In this document: positions 33,442-43,677 of the stretch, piece by piece
Numbering within the stretch: position 1 is the stretch's first letter
Layout of the letters: the number at the start of each line of letters is the position of its first letter
Source: Candidatus Actinomarina sp.
Lineage (GTDB): Bacteria; Actinomycetota; Acidimicrobiia; Actinomarinales; Actinomarinaceae
NCBI GenBank assembly: GCA_045563135.1
Contig: JBJKUL010000001.1
Location: forward strand, 741,351 to 805,350
DNA: 64,000 bases
Reading direction: 5' to 3'
Made by a program: the position numbers and the translations under genes
The notes under the pieces: model-generated
Told to the model about the DNA's origin: nothing
What the model saw: the letters and a program-made list of their open reading frames with translations, nothing else
The model's database searches: none

Positions 33442-34104
33442 TTAAATTTTTGGTCTTTGGGATACTCTATATCCTAAGTAAATTAGAAACATCCCAACCA
33501 ACAGCGAAAGCGTTTTAGATGCACCATCTCCTAAAGCAAGTAGTACTCCAGATAATGCTGGAGAGAATGCTCCTACAACAATTAATACATTAGTTGTCAC
33601 CAGGTCTTCATTAACCCTGCGAAATTTAAAAATACTGTACATCGCAATTCCAACTAAAGAAATGCTTCCAAGTGAATTACCGAGTATAGCCCACATTCTT
33701 GGGCCACTTATTTCGTAGAGTTGTCTACCTTCAGGAATTCCATTTATATTTGAGAAGTCAGGTATCCCGCTAGTGAACATTGAGTAAGCTGCACCGATAA
33801 CAAATAAGACGTAAAGACCAGAAACTACGTTTACTTTGTTTTTATCAAAGATTAAATAAGCACTCCCTATTCCAAACGCAGGAACATTTGTTATTCCTCC
33901 AAAAAAATAGAAAATACCAAAATTTAGATAATTCCACCCCGTGAAAAGTCCTGAAACTAAAGCTATTGTTGCGACGGTATACATTAACACAGCGACCGTC
34001 CAAGAGATGATATATGCCTTTTTACCTCTAATTGACTTCAAAAATAGCTCTATGCTAAAACCAACTCCAATTACTGAAGCTATTGAACCAAGTACAATAT
34101 CCAT
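33442..34104 (-). CDS. Hypothetical polytopic membrane protein
   Basis: 220 aa, about 6 TM helices, no motif recognised. Confidence 0.45.
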   Translation of the reverse strand: MDIVLGSIASVIGVGFSIELFLKSIRGKKAYIISWTVAVLMYTVATIALVSGLFTGWNYLNFGIFYFFGGITNVPAFGIGSAYLIFDKNKVNVVSGLYVLFVIGAAYSMFTSGIPDFSNINGIPEGRQLYEISGPRMWAILGNSLGSISLVGIAMYSIFKFRRVNEDLVTTNVLIVVGAFSPALSGVLLALGDGASKTLSLLVGMFLIYLGYRVSQRPKI

Positions 34105-34169
34105 AGCTTCAATGATAGGTTTAAATTAATTACAACGAGAAACAAGAAGAAGCTATTCTTATAAGTAGT

Positions 34170-35786
34170 ATGTCAAAAAATATTTTAGTTGCTGTCGCAT
34201 GGCCTTACGCCAGTGGATCTAGACATTTAGGTCATATTGGTGGTGCATATTTACCAGCAGACATTTTTGCAAGGTACCATAGAGTAATCGGCAACAATGT
34301 ACTTATGGTTTCTGGAAGCGATGCTCACGGTACACCTATAACAGTCCGTGCAGATGAAGAAGGCGTAGAGCCAATTGATATTGTAAATAAATACCATGCA
34401 GAATTTCTCGACTATTGGGAAAAACTATCGATTTCTTGGGATAATTACACCACCACTATGACAGACAATCATAAGGATGTAGTACATAGAATTTTTCTTA
34501 AGCTTTTAGAAAATGGATACATTGATAAACAAAAAACACTACAGGCATATGATCCTGTGGATAATAAGTTTCTCCCTGATAGATATGTGGAGGGAACCTG
34601 CCCTAAATGTGAATATAAAGAAGCACGAGGTGATCAATGTGATGGATGTAGTGCGACCCTAGACCCTGAAGAGCTCCTAAATCCTGTAAGTAAGTTATCC
34701 GGTAACCCAGCAGAGTTTAAAGAAACTGAACACTTCTTTCTAAAGTTGAGTTTATTGGGTAAAGAACTTATGCCGTGGTTAGAAACGAAGACGGACTGGA
34801 GGCCACATGTCATAAATTGGGCAAAATCTTTTGTTAAAGAGGGTCTTAAAGATAGAGCGATTACCAGAGATCTTGAATGGGGTATAGATATCCCGGTCGA
34901 TGACTTAGGAGATGAAAAAAAGATTTATGTTTGGTTTGAAGCAGTAATAGGATATCTCTCAGCATCAATTGAATGGGCAAAAAATAACGGAAACGAAGAT
35001 GCTTGGAAAGATTGGTGGGAAAATGAAGATGCTCAATCATTTTATTTTATTGGAAAAGACAATGTGCCATTCCACTCTGTCATTTGGCCAGCAATATTAG
35101 CTGGTTACGAAAATCTCAACTTACCAACAAATGTTCCAGCTAATCAATATATTCTTATAAAAGGTGAAAAAGCTTCAGCTAGTAGAGGTGTTGGCAAAAG
35201 CTTATCTGACTATCTGTCAGAGTGGCAACCAGATGCACTAAGATATACTCTTGCCTCAGTCCTTCCAGAACAGTCAGATTCTGAATTAACAGAAGATGAG
35301 ATGATAAGAAGAAATAATGAGGAGCTAGTAGCAACTTGGGGGAATTTAGTTCAAAGAGTTTTTACACTCATAAGAAATAATAATGAAGCCATAAACACAC
35401 CGTCAGCTCTTGAATCAGTGGATCAAAAACTACTAGACCAAGCATCTGAAGCATTTAATGACATCGGAAGAAAAATTGAGGCCGTCGAATTAAAAAGTGC
35501 GCTACAAGAATCTATGAGATATGTTTCTAAAGTAAATGTATATCTAAACGAAACAGAGCCATGGAAAGTTTTAAAAGAAGATTCAAATCGTGGAGGAAGA
35601 ATTCTCTATACGGCATTGCAAGCAATCGATGCATGTGCAAATTTGCTATACCCCTTCATGCCCACTACGAGTAAGAAAGTTTCTGGAGCTATTCCGAAAG
35701 ATACTGAGAACTCTTGGAATTTAAATGAAATAAAAATAGGTGCCGAATTAACTGAAATTGGGCACCTATTTAAAAAGTTTGACTAG
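34170..35786 (+). CDS. metG: Methionyl-tRNA synthetase
   Basis: HIGH-type motif (SRHLGHIGG), Zn knuckle CPKCEY...CDGC, and a KMSKS-like region. 538 aa (lacks the C-terminal EMAP domain). Confidence 0.9.
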   Translation: MSKNILVAVAWPYASGSRHLGHIGGAYLPADIFARYHRVIGNNVLMVSGSDAHGTPITVRADEEGVEPIDIVNKYHAEFLDYWEKLSISWDNYTTTMTDNHKDVVHRIFLKLLENGYIDKQKTLQAYDPVDNKFLPDRYVEGTCPKCEYKEARGDQCDGCSATLDPEELLNPVSKLSGNPAEFKETEHFFLKLSLLGKELMPWLETKTDWRPHVINWAKSFVKEGLKDRAITRDLEWGIDIPVDDLGDEKKIYVWFEAVIGYLSASIEWAKNNGNEDAWKDWWENEDAQSFYFIGKDNVPFHSVIWPAILAGYENLNLPTNVPANQYILIKGEKASASRGVGKSLSDYLSEWQPDALRYTLASVLPEQSDSELTEDEMIRRNNEELVATWGNLVQRVFTLIRNNNEAINTPSALESVDQKLLDQASEAFNDIGRKIEAVELKSALQESMRYVSKVNVYLNETEPWKVLKEDSNRGGRILYTALQAIDACANLLYPFMPTTSKKVSGAIPKDTENSWNLNEIKIGAELTEIGHLFKKFD

Positions 35787-36169
35787 GACTTTGACGCTTT
35801 AAAAACTGAATCAATCTCATCTATTAAAGCTATTAACTCTTCACCTACTTTTGGATCTTCAGTTTTTTTAGCTTCTCCAGCTTTTTTAGTCGCATTCCAA
35901 AAAAGGTCATGAAGATTTGGAAATTTCTCTAAGTGTTCTGGTTTAAAGTAATCAGTCCAAAGCACCCATAGATGATGCTTAACTTCCTCTGCTCGCTCCT
36001 CTTTAATGGTTACACACCTTTGTTTGAAACTTTCATCATCTGATTCTTGATATTTTTTTGATGCGTTCAAAACAGATTCAGCTTCAATTCTCGCTTGAGC
36101 TGGATCGTATACTCCACATGGTAAATCGCAATGTGCATATGCGATTCTTGATGGTTTAAATAACTTCAT
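35783..36169 (-). CDS. sodN: Nickel superoxide dismutase precursor
   Basis: A 12-aa leader is followed by the Ni-hook HCDLPCGVYDPA; about 117-aa mature size. Confidence 0.85.
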   Translation of the reverse strand: MKLFKPSRIAYAHCDLPCGVYDPAQARIEAESVLNASKKYQESDDESFKQRCVTIKEERAEEVKHHLWVLWTDYFKPEHLEKFPNLHDLFWNATKKAGEAKKTEDPKVGEELIALIDEIDSVFKASKS

Positions 36170-36216
36170 AAATCTCCCTTAATTAACTAATATTAATTTT
36201 AGTAAGATAATAATTT

Positions 36217-36717
36217 ATGATTAAAAACATACTGAAGTTAGTTAATTTAAAAACCATTTTTGCATTTGTTGTATATTTGTTTTTTCGAAATGATAATAAA
36301 GCATTTAGAACCTATGAAATCAAAGAAGAAAGTATGAAACCCGCACTTCTTCCAAATGAATATGTCCTTACAAAAAAATTAAGTGAAATTCCGAAACGTG
36401 GTGACATTGTGGTCTTCACAAACAAAGAAAAAAACATAGATGTTGTAAAAAGAGTAATAGGGTTACCAGGTGAAGAGGTTGAATCCCAAGAAGGTTCAAT
36501 TCTAATTAACTCAATTAAATTAAATGACTCATGGGCTAAAAGTTTCGTAGATGATTTTGTTAAAACTCATTTAGCAGAGGATGAAATTTTCGTATTAGGT
36601 GACCAAAGAACAATATCATCAAGTGATTCAAGATCAGTAGGACCAGTCAAATACAAAGACTGCTGGAAACTAAAAGTAAGGTATTGGCCATATTATAGGT
36701 TTAAAACATATGAGTAA
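36217..36717 (+). CDS. sodX: Ni-SOD maturation peptidase (S26 signal-peptidase-like)
   Basis: S26-type catalytic Ser in ESMKPAL and a downstream Lys region. Divergent from sodN with a 47-bp gap. Confidence 0.7.
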   Translation: MIKNILKLVNLKTIFAFVVYLFFRNDNKAFRTYEIKEESMKPALLPNEYVLTKKLSEIPKRGDIVVFTNKEKNIDVVKRVIGLPGEEVESQEGSILINSIKLNDSWAKSFVDDFVKTHLAEDEIFVLGDQRTISSSDSRSVGPVKYKDCWKLKVRYWPYYRFKTYE

Positions 36718-36898
36718 TTTATCTTGTAGCTGGTGTAAAAGCTCTATGGCGTATCTCCATGGCCATGCTGCTTGCATAAACAATACATGTGCAATGTTTG
36801 GGCTCAATCAAGCCGAATGTTGCTCTGGAGAAAGTGCACAAAATTGTGAAGGAACTCAACAAAATGAAATCACATTATCTCCGGAAAGATTAAACTAG
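36710..36898 (+). CDS. Cys-rich 62-aa small ORF (possible metal-binding mini-protein)
   Basis: 8 Cys and 3 His (CSWC...HGH..C....C....CC....C). The start overlaps the sodX stop by 8 nt; the ORF ends 4 nt before korA. Coding status unproven. Confidence 0.3.
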   Translation: MSNLSCSWCKSSMAYLHGHAACINNTCAMFGLNQAECCSGESAQNCEGTQQNEITLSPERLN

Positions 36899-36902
36899 AA
36901 CA

Positions 36903-38768
36903 ATGGATGAACCAAAACTAGAAGTTCAAAATAAAACGGTAGAAAGTATACCTGCTGTCACTATCAGATTTGCTGGTGACTCTGGAGATGGTATGCAACT
37001 TGTTGGTACACGATTTACAGATACTTCTGCTTTATTTGGAAATGACTTGGCTACACTTCCAGCTTTCCCTGCAGAAATAAGAGCTCCTCAAGGAACAATT
37101 GCTGGAGTATCTTCATTCCAGGTTCAAATTGCTGATTTTGACATCCTTACCCCTGGAGATAACCCAGAAGTTTTAGTTGCGATGAATCCAGCTGCTTTGA
37201 AGGCACATTTACATGATCTAGCACCTAACGGAATGCTTATTATTAATGAAGATGCCTTCGAAGAAAAAAATATTACAAAAGCCGGATACAAAGTTGACCC
37301 TAGAGAATCAGGAGAGCTTGATGGATATCGTGTGTTTCAAGTCCCGATGGAGAAGCTCACCAAAGAAGCTTTAAAAGATTCTGAAATTAAAGGGCGAGCG
37401 GTTCTTAGATCTAAAAATATGATTGCTTTAGGACTTATCTCCTGGGTATTTAATAGACCACTAGAAGACACTATAAATTGGATTAATGCAAAATTTGAGA
37501 AACTTCCAGAAGTTGCAGAAGCAAATGTAAAGACTTTAAAAGTTGGTTACAACTTTGGTATTACCGTTGAAGCTTTTCACCATACATACGTTGTTGAGAA
37601 AGCAGCACTACCAACTGGAGAATACACAAATATAAATGGGAATATCGGATTAAGTTGGGGTCTAATAGCAGGAGCAAAACTATCCAATCTTGAATTGTTT
37701 TATGGAAGTTATCCAATCACGCCGGCATCAGACATACTTCATGAATTATCAAAGCATAAAAATTTCAATGTAATAACTTTTCAAGCAGAAGATGAGATAG
37801 CAGCGGCTGCGGCAACTGTTGGTGCATCATTTACTGGAAAGCTTGCCGTGACAGGTACAAGTGGTCCAGGATTAGCCCTTAAAAGTGAAACTATTTCACT
37901 AGCACTTTCTGCAGAGCTCCCTATGGTTATTGTGAATGTACAACGTGGAGGTCCATCAACTGGTCTTCCGACAAAACCTGAACAATCCGATTTATTATTT
38001 GCCCTATATGGAAGGCACGGTGAATCTCCCCTACCTGTACTTGCTTCACGTTCACCTTCCCATGCTTTTTATACTGCTATTGAGGCAAGTAGAATAGCTC
38101 TCAAATACATGACACCAGTAATACTTCTTTCAGACAACTATGTTGCTACTGGTTCAGAGCCTTGGAAGCTACCAGATATCTCTGACTTACCCTCTCTTAC
38201 TAACAACTTAACAACAAAAAATAACTCTAAAGATGGCTTTCTACCTTTCCACAGAGATATGACTACTTTTGCACGACCTTGGGCAGTTCCTGGAGTGCCA
38301 GGTTTAGAGCACCGAATTGGCGGACTTGAAAAAGAAGAAGGTACCGGAAATGTTTCATATGATAGTGCTAACCATCAATACATGACAGATATGAGGGCAT
38401 GGAAAATTGCTAATATTGCTAATGACATTGAACCTTTAGAACTTAATGGTGATGAAAAAGCTGACACACTTGTTTTAGGTTGGGGTTCAACCTATGGCGG
38501 AATAACACAAGCAGTAAATAGACTCAATGAAAAAGGTGTCAAAGTTGCAAGTGCTCATTTAACATTTATAAATCCATTTCCAGATAACTTAGGTGAAATC
38601 CTATCAAAGTTTGAAAGAATTATAATTCCAGAATTGAACACAGGACAGTTAATAAAACTCATTAGAGAAAGATTCTTGATTGACGCAAAAGGGATTAACA
38701 AAGTTGCAGGCGAACCTTTCACTGCACAAGAATTAGAAGAAAAAATAGAGGAAAAAATAAATGAGTAA
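36903..38768 (+). CDS. korA: 2-oxoglutarate:ferredoxin oxidoreductase alpha subunit
   Basis: 621 aa with the OFOR alpha domain order (domain III / domain I); coupled to korB. Confidence 0.85.
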   Translation: MDEPKLEVQNKTVESIPAVTIRFAGDSGDGMQLVGTRFTDTSALFGNDLATLPAFPAEIRAPQGTIAGVSSFQVQIADFDILTPGDNPEVLVAMNPAALKAHLHDLAPNGMLIINEDAFEEKNITKAGYKVDPRESGELDGYRVFQVPMEKLTKEALKDSEIKGRAVLRSKNMIALGLISWVFNRPLEDTINWINAKFEKLPEVAEANVKTLKVGYNFGITVEAFHHTYVVEKAALPTGEYTNINGNIGLSWGLIAGAKLSNLELFYGSYPITPASDILHELSKHKNFNVITFQAEDEIAAAAATVGASFTGKLAVTGTSGPGLALKSETISLALSAELPMVIVNVQRGGPSTGLPTKPEQSDLLFALYGRHGESPLPVLASRSPSHAFYTAIEASRIALKYMTPVILLSDNYVATGSEPWKLPDISDLPSLTNNLTTKNNSKDGFLPFHRDMTTFARPWAVPGVPGLEHRIGGLEKEEGTGNVSYDSANHQYMTDMRAWKIANIANDIEPLELNGDEKADTLVLGWGSTYGGITQAVNRLNEKGVKVASAHLTFINPFPDNLGEILSKFERIIIPELNTGQLIKLIRERFLIDAKGINKVAGEPFTAQELEEKIEEKINE

Positions 38769-39777
38769 AGTTCCAGTTAATTACAAGAGAACGGACATGC
38801 AAAGCGACCAAGAAGTCAAGTGGTGTCCTGGTTGTGGTGATTATACGATATTAGCCTCTGTTCAGAGCTTTATGGCTGAACTTGGTATAAGTAAAGAAAA
38901 GATTGTATTTGTTTCAGGTATTGGTTGTGCTGCTAGATTTCCATATTATATGAATACTTACGGATTGCATACAATACACGGGCGAGCACCTGCAGTTGCA
39001 ACAGGTGTTACTGTTTCAAATCCTGACTTATCAGTTTGGGTTGTTTCTGGAGATGGAGATTCACTTTCAATAGGTGGAAATCATTTAATCCATGCATTAA
39101 GAAAAAACGTAAATATAAAAATACTTATGTTCAATAACCAGATTTATGGACTTACCAAGGGACAATACTCTCCTACAAGTGAAGAAGGTAAGAAAACTAA
39201 ATCATCACCATTCGGTTCAGTAGAGCTTCCTTTTAATCCGATGAGTGTAGCTTTGGGTGCTGAAGCATCATTTGTTGCACGTTCAGTGGATATGGATAGG
39301 GACTTAACAGCACAGGTGTTACAAGAAGCATCAACCCACAAAGGATCTGCTTTTGTAGAAATCTATCAAAACTGTAATGTCTTTAATGACAAAGCCTTCG
39401 AACAATTAACTTCAAAAGAGGGTCGAGTTGCTAATAGAATAAACCTTGTCCATGGAGAAAAAGTAATTTTTGGTGCTGAAGACGAGTTTGCAGTAACCAT
39501 CGAAAATGGGGAAGCTAAAATTGTAAAACGAACAGACATTGATGATTCACAAATCTATGTACACGATATTACAAGAGAGAACCCATCAGTTGCATTCTCT
39601 CTTTCTAGACTATCTCATGGACCATATGGTCCAACGCCTATGGGAGTCTTTAGAAAAGTTGAAAGAGAAACTTATAATGAAGACGTTATGAAACAAATAG
39701 ATTTTGCAAAAGATTCGAAGGGTGATGGCGAGTTAGATAAATTAGTTAGATCCCTTGGAACTTGGGATGTTAAATAA
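38761..39777 (+). CDS. korB: 2-oxoglutarate:ferredoxin oxidoreductase beta subunit
   Basis: TPP-binding GDG..S motif region and the CPGCGD Cys cluster. 338 aa. Confidence 0.85.
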   Translation: MSKVPVNYKRTDMQSDQEVKWCPGCGDYTILASVQSFMAELGISKEKIVFVSGIGCAARFPYYMNTYGLHTIHGRAPAVATGVTVSNPDLSVWVVSGDGDSLSIGGNHLIHALRKNVNIKILMFNNQIYGLTKGQYSPTSEEGKKTKSSPFGSVELPFNPMSVALGAEASFVARSVDMDRDLTAQVLQEASTHKGSAFVEIYQNCNVFNDKAFEQLTSKEGRVANRINLVHGEKVIFGAEDEFAVTIENGEAKIVKRTDIDDSQIYVHDITRENPSVAFSLSRLSHGPYGPTPMGVFRKVERETYNEDVMKQIDFAKDSKGDGELDKLVRSLGTWDVK

Positions 39778-39790
39778 CTCTAATTAAGTT

Positions 39791-40423
39791 TTACTCGTCT
39801 AAATAATCTATTTGATCTGTAGGCATTATCAGTGCTGTACTTGCATTAACAATGTGTGAAACAATTCTCTTCAAGTATCTAAAAAATAAGGTAGTCGAAA
39901 CTGGGTATTCAATTGTTTCTTTGTTTTCTAGAAGAGCTGTAATTTTATTATCTAAGTCTGTAGAAATAGAAGAACCAAGAGTGATTAAATCATGTACTTT
40001 GGTTTCATCTTCAAGATTTAGACATGACTGCAAATAAACAATTAGTTTACCTATATCATTTCTTAACCCAATATAGCTATCTAAATCTCCACCTTTAGTA
40101 AAGGTGTTCCCCGTTTCTGCAATTTCGAAAAGATTCTTACAATAGTCCCCAATCCTTTCAATATCTTTTGACATCGTCATATAAGATAGCAGTAAAGGAA
40201 TATCTAAGTTTCTTGAATTAACAGCGGAGTGAATAATCATCTCTCTACGAACCTCACGATGGAGTTCATTAATAGTCTTATCTGTAGCGTATAAATCATC
40301 CCTAACACTGTCAAGATTGGTATCGCCAAGCAGGCAATTCATTGAAATATCATAGATGTGCATACTATTTGTGAGCATCTCGCTTAATTTAGCATCTATA
40401 TTGTCTAGTGATTCTTTACTCAT
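39791..40423 (-). CDS. PhoU-domain protein associated with the NptA transporter
   Basis: 210 aa with two PhoU-like helical repeats (IERIGDYCKN...). It sits directly downstream of nptA. Confidence 0.65.
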   Translation of the reverse strand: MSKESLDNIDAKLSEMLTNSMHIYDISMNCLLGDTNLDSVRDDLYATDKTINELHREVRREMIIHSAVNSRNLDIPLLLSYMTMSKDIERIGDYCKNLFEIAETGNTFTKGGDLDSYIGLRNDIGKLIVYLQSCLNLEDETKVHDLITLGSSISTDLDNKITALLENKETIEYPVSTTLFFRYLKRIVSHIVNASTALIMPTDQIDYLDE

Positions 40424-40431
40424 TTTTCTCC

Positions 40432-41568
40432 TTAATTAAATAGTACTACGCCCAATAGTGGAAGTAATAAGAATGTTACTAATACATACAATATTGCAAC
40501 GTATCTTCTTTTAGCAGTTATAACACTGAGTCTCTTTGCCAAATTAACTGGTATATTTCTTACTGCTTTTACTGGATAAACAATAATGACACCAATTAAG
40601 TTAAAAAATACATGATGGAGTGCAATAGTTAATCCTGCTGGATCATCTACAGCAAAGCTAGCTAGAACAGCTGTGATTGTTGTACCAATATTTGCCCCTA
40701 ATGTTATTGGAAATGCATTCTCAATAGATAGAATTCCTGAACCAACAATCGGTACAAGGATTGATGTAGTGATGCTTGAACTTTGTACTGAGAAGGTAAT
40801 CAAGATTCCGATTAATATTGCGAGAAGCCCCCCACCCCTTGCAAGAGCTTTGTCTAATCCAAATTCAATTTGATTGAGCATGAGAGATTTCATATTAGAT
40901 ACAACATTTCTTAGGCTCAAGAAAATAAATGCTATTGCAATAATAATTAAAAGAACTGCATATACCCTATAAGAATTTTCACTTAGATTGCCTATAAATG
41001 GAATAGAAGATAGTCCATCTAGGATATTATTTGAACCCCACTTAATTCCTGCCTTGATCGGGCTATTTGGTTTTGTTGCCGTGAAGCCTGTGGCAAGAAC
41101 GAAATCTGTTCCATTTTCAGCCATCCTTGTTATAAATCCTGTATATAGGTCAAGAGGGAAAAGTATTATCACCACTAATAAGTTAAAGAAGTCATGCATC
41201 GTTGAGGCTGCAAAAGCTCTCTTAAATTCCTGTTCTCTTCTTACGTGACCAAAAGAAACTAAGGTATTAGTTACCGTTGTTCCAATATTTGCTCCCATAA
41301 CCATTGGTATTGCGTATTCTAAGCTGAGCACTCCGCTTCCAACTAAGCCAACAATAGTTGCAGTAGTAACGGAGGATGACTGCACTAAAACTGTACACAA
41401 AATTCCAACCAGTAAACCAGCAAAAGGATTGGATACTGACTCAAAAAGTGCATCTGTGTATTCTGCACCTAAAGTTTTAATTCCTTTTTCAAGAAGTTTG
41501 ATTGATACAAGGAAGAAATATAAGAAAAATATTGCGAAGCTTAAATTTTTAAAAGATTTTAAATTCAT
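40432..41568 (-). CDS. nptA: Na+/phosphate cotransporter (NptA, type II Na/Pi family)
   Basis: Duplicated QSSS re-entrant motifs (VQSSSVTTATIVGLV and VQSSSITTSILVPIV). 378 aa. Confidence 0.8.
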   Translation of the reverse strand: MNLKSFKNLSFAIFFLYFFLVSIKLLEKGIKTLGAEYTDALFESVSNPFAGLLVGILCTVLVQSSSVTTATIVGLVGSGVLSLEYAIPMVMGANIGTTVTNTLVSFGHVRREQEFKRAFAASTMHDFFNLLVVIILFPLDLYTGFITRMAENGTDFVLATGFTATKPNSPIKAGIKWGSNNILDGLSSIPFIGNLSENSYRVYAVLLIIIAIAFIFLSLRNVVSNMKSLMLNQIEFGLDKALARGGGLLAILIGILITFSVQSSSITTSILVPIVGSGILSIENAFPITLGANIGTTITAVLASFAVDDPAGLTIALHHVFFNLIGVIIVYPVKAVRNIPVNLAKRLSVITAKRRYVAILYVLVTFLLLPLLGVVLFN

Positions 41569-41612
41569 ATTCCGTACAAATTATATATGAGTTTAAATTA
41601 AATTAAATTTAG

Positions 41613-41645
41613 ATTTACTACCAGTTTACTTAACGTTTACTTTTG
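41613..41645 (+). promoter_or_regulatory. PHO-box-like triple 11-bp direct repeat upstream of nptA
   Basis: ATTTACTACCA / GTTTACTTAAC / GTTTACTTTTG on the plus strand (GTAAAC repeats read toward nptA). It lies 45-77 bp upstream of the nptA start and overlaps the 3' end of the kinase gene. Confidence 0.4.
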
Positions 41646-42333
41646 AAAATATTATTGAAAATGTTGAACCAAAACTAAGTTTGCTTTCTATTTCAATTCT
41701 TGCATTATTTCTATCAATAGCATGCTTGACAATTGCTAAACCTAACCCTGTCCCCCCTAGTTTTCGAGACCTGCCTTTATCTACTCTATAAAATCTTTCA
41801 AATATCTTTTCTTGATCTGCTATAGATATTCCAGATCCATAATCTTGAAAGGAGCAAATTATCTCAGAAGTACTTTCCTCTGTTTTAATAAATATATTTT
41901 CTTCAGGGGGTGAATATTTAAGAGCATTTTTGATTAAATTTTTAACAGCAATGGAGATATCATCATAATTTGCAAAAATCTCAGCTTTAGTTTTTTTATA
42001 TCCCACTCTCTTCTTATTTTGTTTCGAAAGATATGAAATCTCATTTGAAATCACGTCATGTAAATCTATTACTTCCATTTCAATATCTGAAGTTTCCATT
42101 AAAGAAAGGTCTAGCAAATCAGAAATCAATTCGTTCATGCGATCTGAATCCCTAAGAATTTGCTCTAAAAATGATTGTGCCATTCCATCATTTAGTTTTA
42201 AAGACCTTAGTGCGGATTCAGCAGCAAGTCTCACAGAAGCTACAGGAGTTTTTAATTCATGAGAAGCATTTGCTATAAACTCTTCTTTAATCCTTGTAAT
42301 CTCTAAGAACTCTTCTGTATTATCATTCATCAA
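41626..42333 (-). CDS. Minimal sensor histidine kinase (DHp + CA only), SenX3/PhoR-like
   Basis: H-box ANASHELKTP about 25 aa from the N-terminus, N/G boxes (GGTGLGLAIVK). No TM, HAMP or PAS segments. 235 aa. Confidence 0.8.
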   Translation of the reverse strand: MMNDNTEEFLEITRIKEEFIANASHELKTPVASVRLAAESALRSLKLNDGMAQSFLEQILRDSDRMNELISDLLDLSLMETSDIEMEVIDLHDVISNEISYLSKQNKKRVGYKKTKAEIFANYDDISIAVKNLIKNALKYSPPEENIFIKTEESTSEIICSFQDYGSGISIADQEKIFERFYRVDKGRSRKLGGTGLGLAIVKHAIDRNNARIEIESKLSFGSTFSIIFSKVNVK

Positions 42334-43036
42334 TAAGTTTGTATCCCATACCTCTAATAGTTATAAGTCTTTTTGGTTTTTTAGGATTTTCCTCTATTCT
42401 TTCTCTAATTCTTTGTATATGCACATCAAGTGTTTTAGAGTTTCCAACAAAACTATAACCCCAGACTTGATCAAATAATTCCTCTCTTGAAACTAAGTTA
42501 CCAGCATTGTCACATAAAAAATAAAGTAATTCAAACTCTCTGGGTCTTAAGTCAATAAGCTCTCCCTTTACTTTTGCTTCGTATCTAAGTGGACTCATTT
42601 CAATATCCCCAACAATTATTTTGCCATTATCTGCAAAGTTAGTTTTTTGGCTTCCATTTGTAGGAGGTGAAAACTGCGATCTTCTCATAACAGCCTTAAC
42701 ACGGCTAATTAATTCTTTAACAGAAAAAGGTTTCGTAATATAATCATCCGCACCAATTTCTAAACCTGTAATTTTATCTACTTCATCATCTCTAGCGGTC
42801 ACCATTATTATTGGAACGTTTGAAGTTTTTCTTATAGATCTGCATATATCTAAACCAGAAATTTCAGGAAGCATAATATCCAGTATCACCAAATCAAAAT
42901 GTTCTTCTTCAAAAAGATCTAGAGCAATTGGGCCTTCATCAACATGAGTTACCCTCATGCCCTCATTTTTAAGATTATAAATTATTCCTTCAGCAATGCT
43001 TTTTTCGTCTTCTACAAGTAATATTTTCTTTACCAT
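42323..43036 (-). CDS. OmpR-family response regulator (RegX3/PhoP-like)
   Basis: Receiver motifs (LLVEDE, DLVILDIMLP, phospho-Asp context) and a winged-helix C-terminus. 1-nt overlap with phoU and 11-nt overlap with the kinase. Confidence 0.85.
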   Translation of the reverse strand: MVKKILLVEDEKSIAEGIIYNLKNEGMRVTHVDEGPIALDLFEEEHFDLVILDIMLPEISGLDICRSIRKTSNVPIIMVTARDDEVDKITGLEIGADDYITKPFSVKELISRVKAVMRRSQFSPPTNGSQKTNFADNGKIIVGDIEMSPLRYEAKVKGELIDLRPREFELLYFLCDNAGNLVSREELFDQVWGYSFVGNSKTLDVHIQRIRERIEENPKKPKRLITIRGMGYKLIDE

Positions 43037-43677
43037 TAAAATTCTTTAAACTCTCCAGTGACTAGAAATGAGGCTAGTTCGCATATATCCACAGCGTGAT
43101 CTCCTCCTCTTTCTAAAGTTCTTACACATGTTATTAGTCTAAATAATCCATTATATAAATCTTTGTTACCAGATATATTAGGAACTTCATTTAGCATTTT
43201 ATTGTAAAGACTATTTATAAGTTCATCTTTTCTTGCAGTTGATAAGGCTAATTCCGCGTCTCTGTTTTTTAAACTTTCTAATGCTGAAGAAGCCATGTCG
43301 ATTACCATATCACCCATTTCTACAACAATTTTATGTAAACTTTCTGGAATAGGTAAATCGTGTATTTCATGAGTTGTTTTTCCTAAATAAACAGACAAAT
43401 CTCCAAGTCTTTCTAGGTGCAAGCTTGCTTGCAAAATTGATGTTGAGAGTCTTAAATCCGATGCTACAGGTTGTTCCGTAGCCATAAGTTCGAACCAGTC
43501 TTGATCAATCTTCATGTACGCATCATCTATTTCATCATCTTTATCCATCACTTCTGATGCTTTTGCAGTATCTTTATCTTCTAGTGCTCTAACAGCACTT
43601 ACCAATGATTCAAGAACTAAAGTTCCCATAATGTGTAAATCCGTTTCAAGATTATTTATTTTCTGTTCTAAACTCAT
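43036..43677 (-). CDS. phoU: Phosphate signalling complex protein PhoU
   Basis: Two PhoU repeats with (E/D)xxxD motifs (LERLGDL..., [12 protein letters not shown]). Directly downstream of pstB. Confidence 0.85.
   Translation of the reverse strand: MSLEQKINNLETDLHIMGTLVLESLVSAVRALEDKDTAKASEVMDKDDEIDDAYMKIDQDWFELMATEQPVASDLRLSTSILQASLHLERLGDLSVYLGKTTHEIHDLPIPESLHKIVVEMGDMVIDMASSALESLKNRDAELALSTARKDELINSLYNKMLNEVPNISGNKDLYNGLFRLITCVRTLERGGDHAVDICELASFLVTGEFKEF

Noticed and set aside
35783-35786. metG and sodN sharing overlapping stop codons (convergent 4-nt overlap)
   Set aside because: This is real in the sequence, but it is a simple consequence of genome compaction. It means there is no room for terminators between the convergent genes. 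It is noted rather than reported as a finding.
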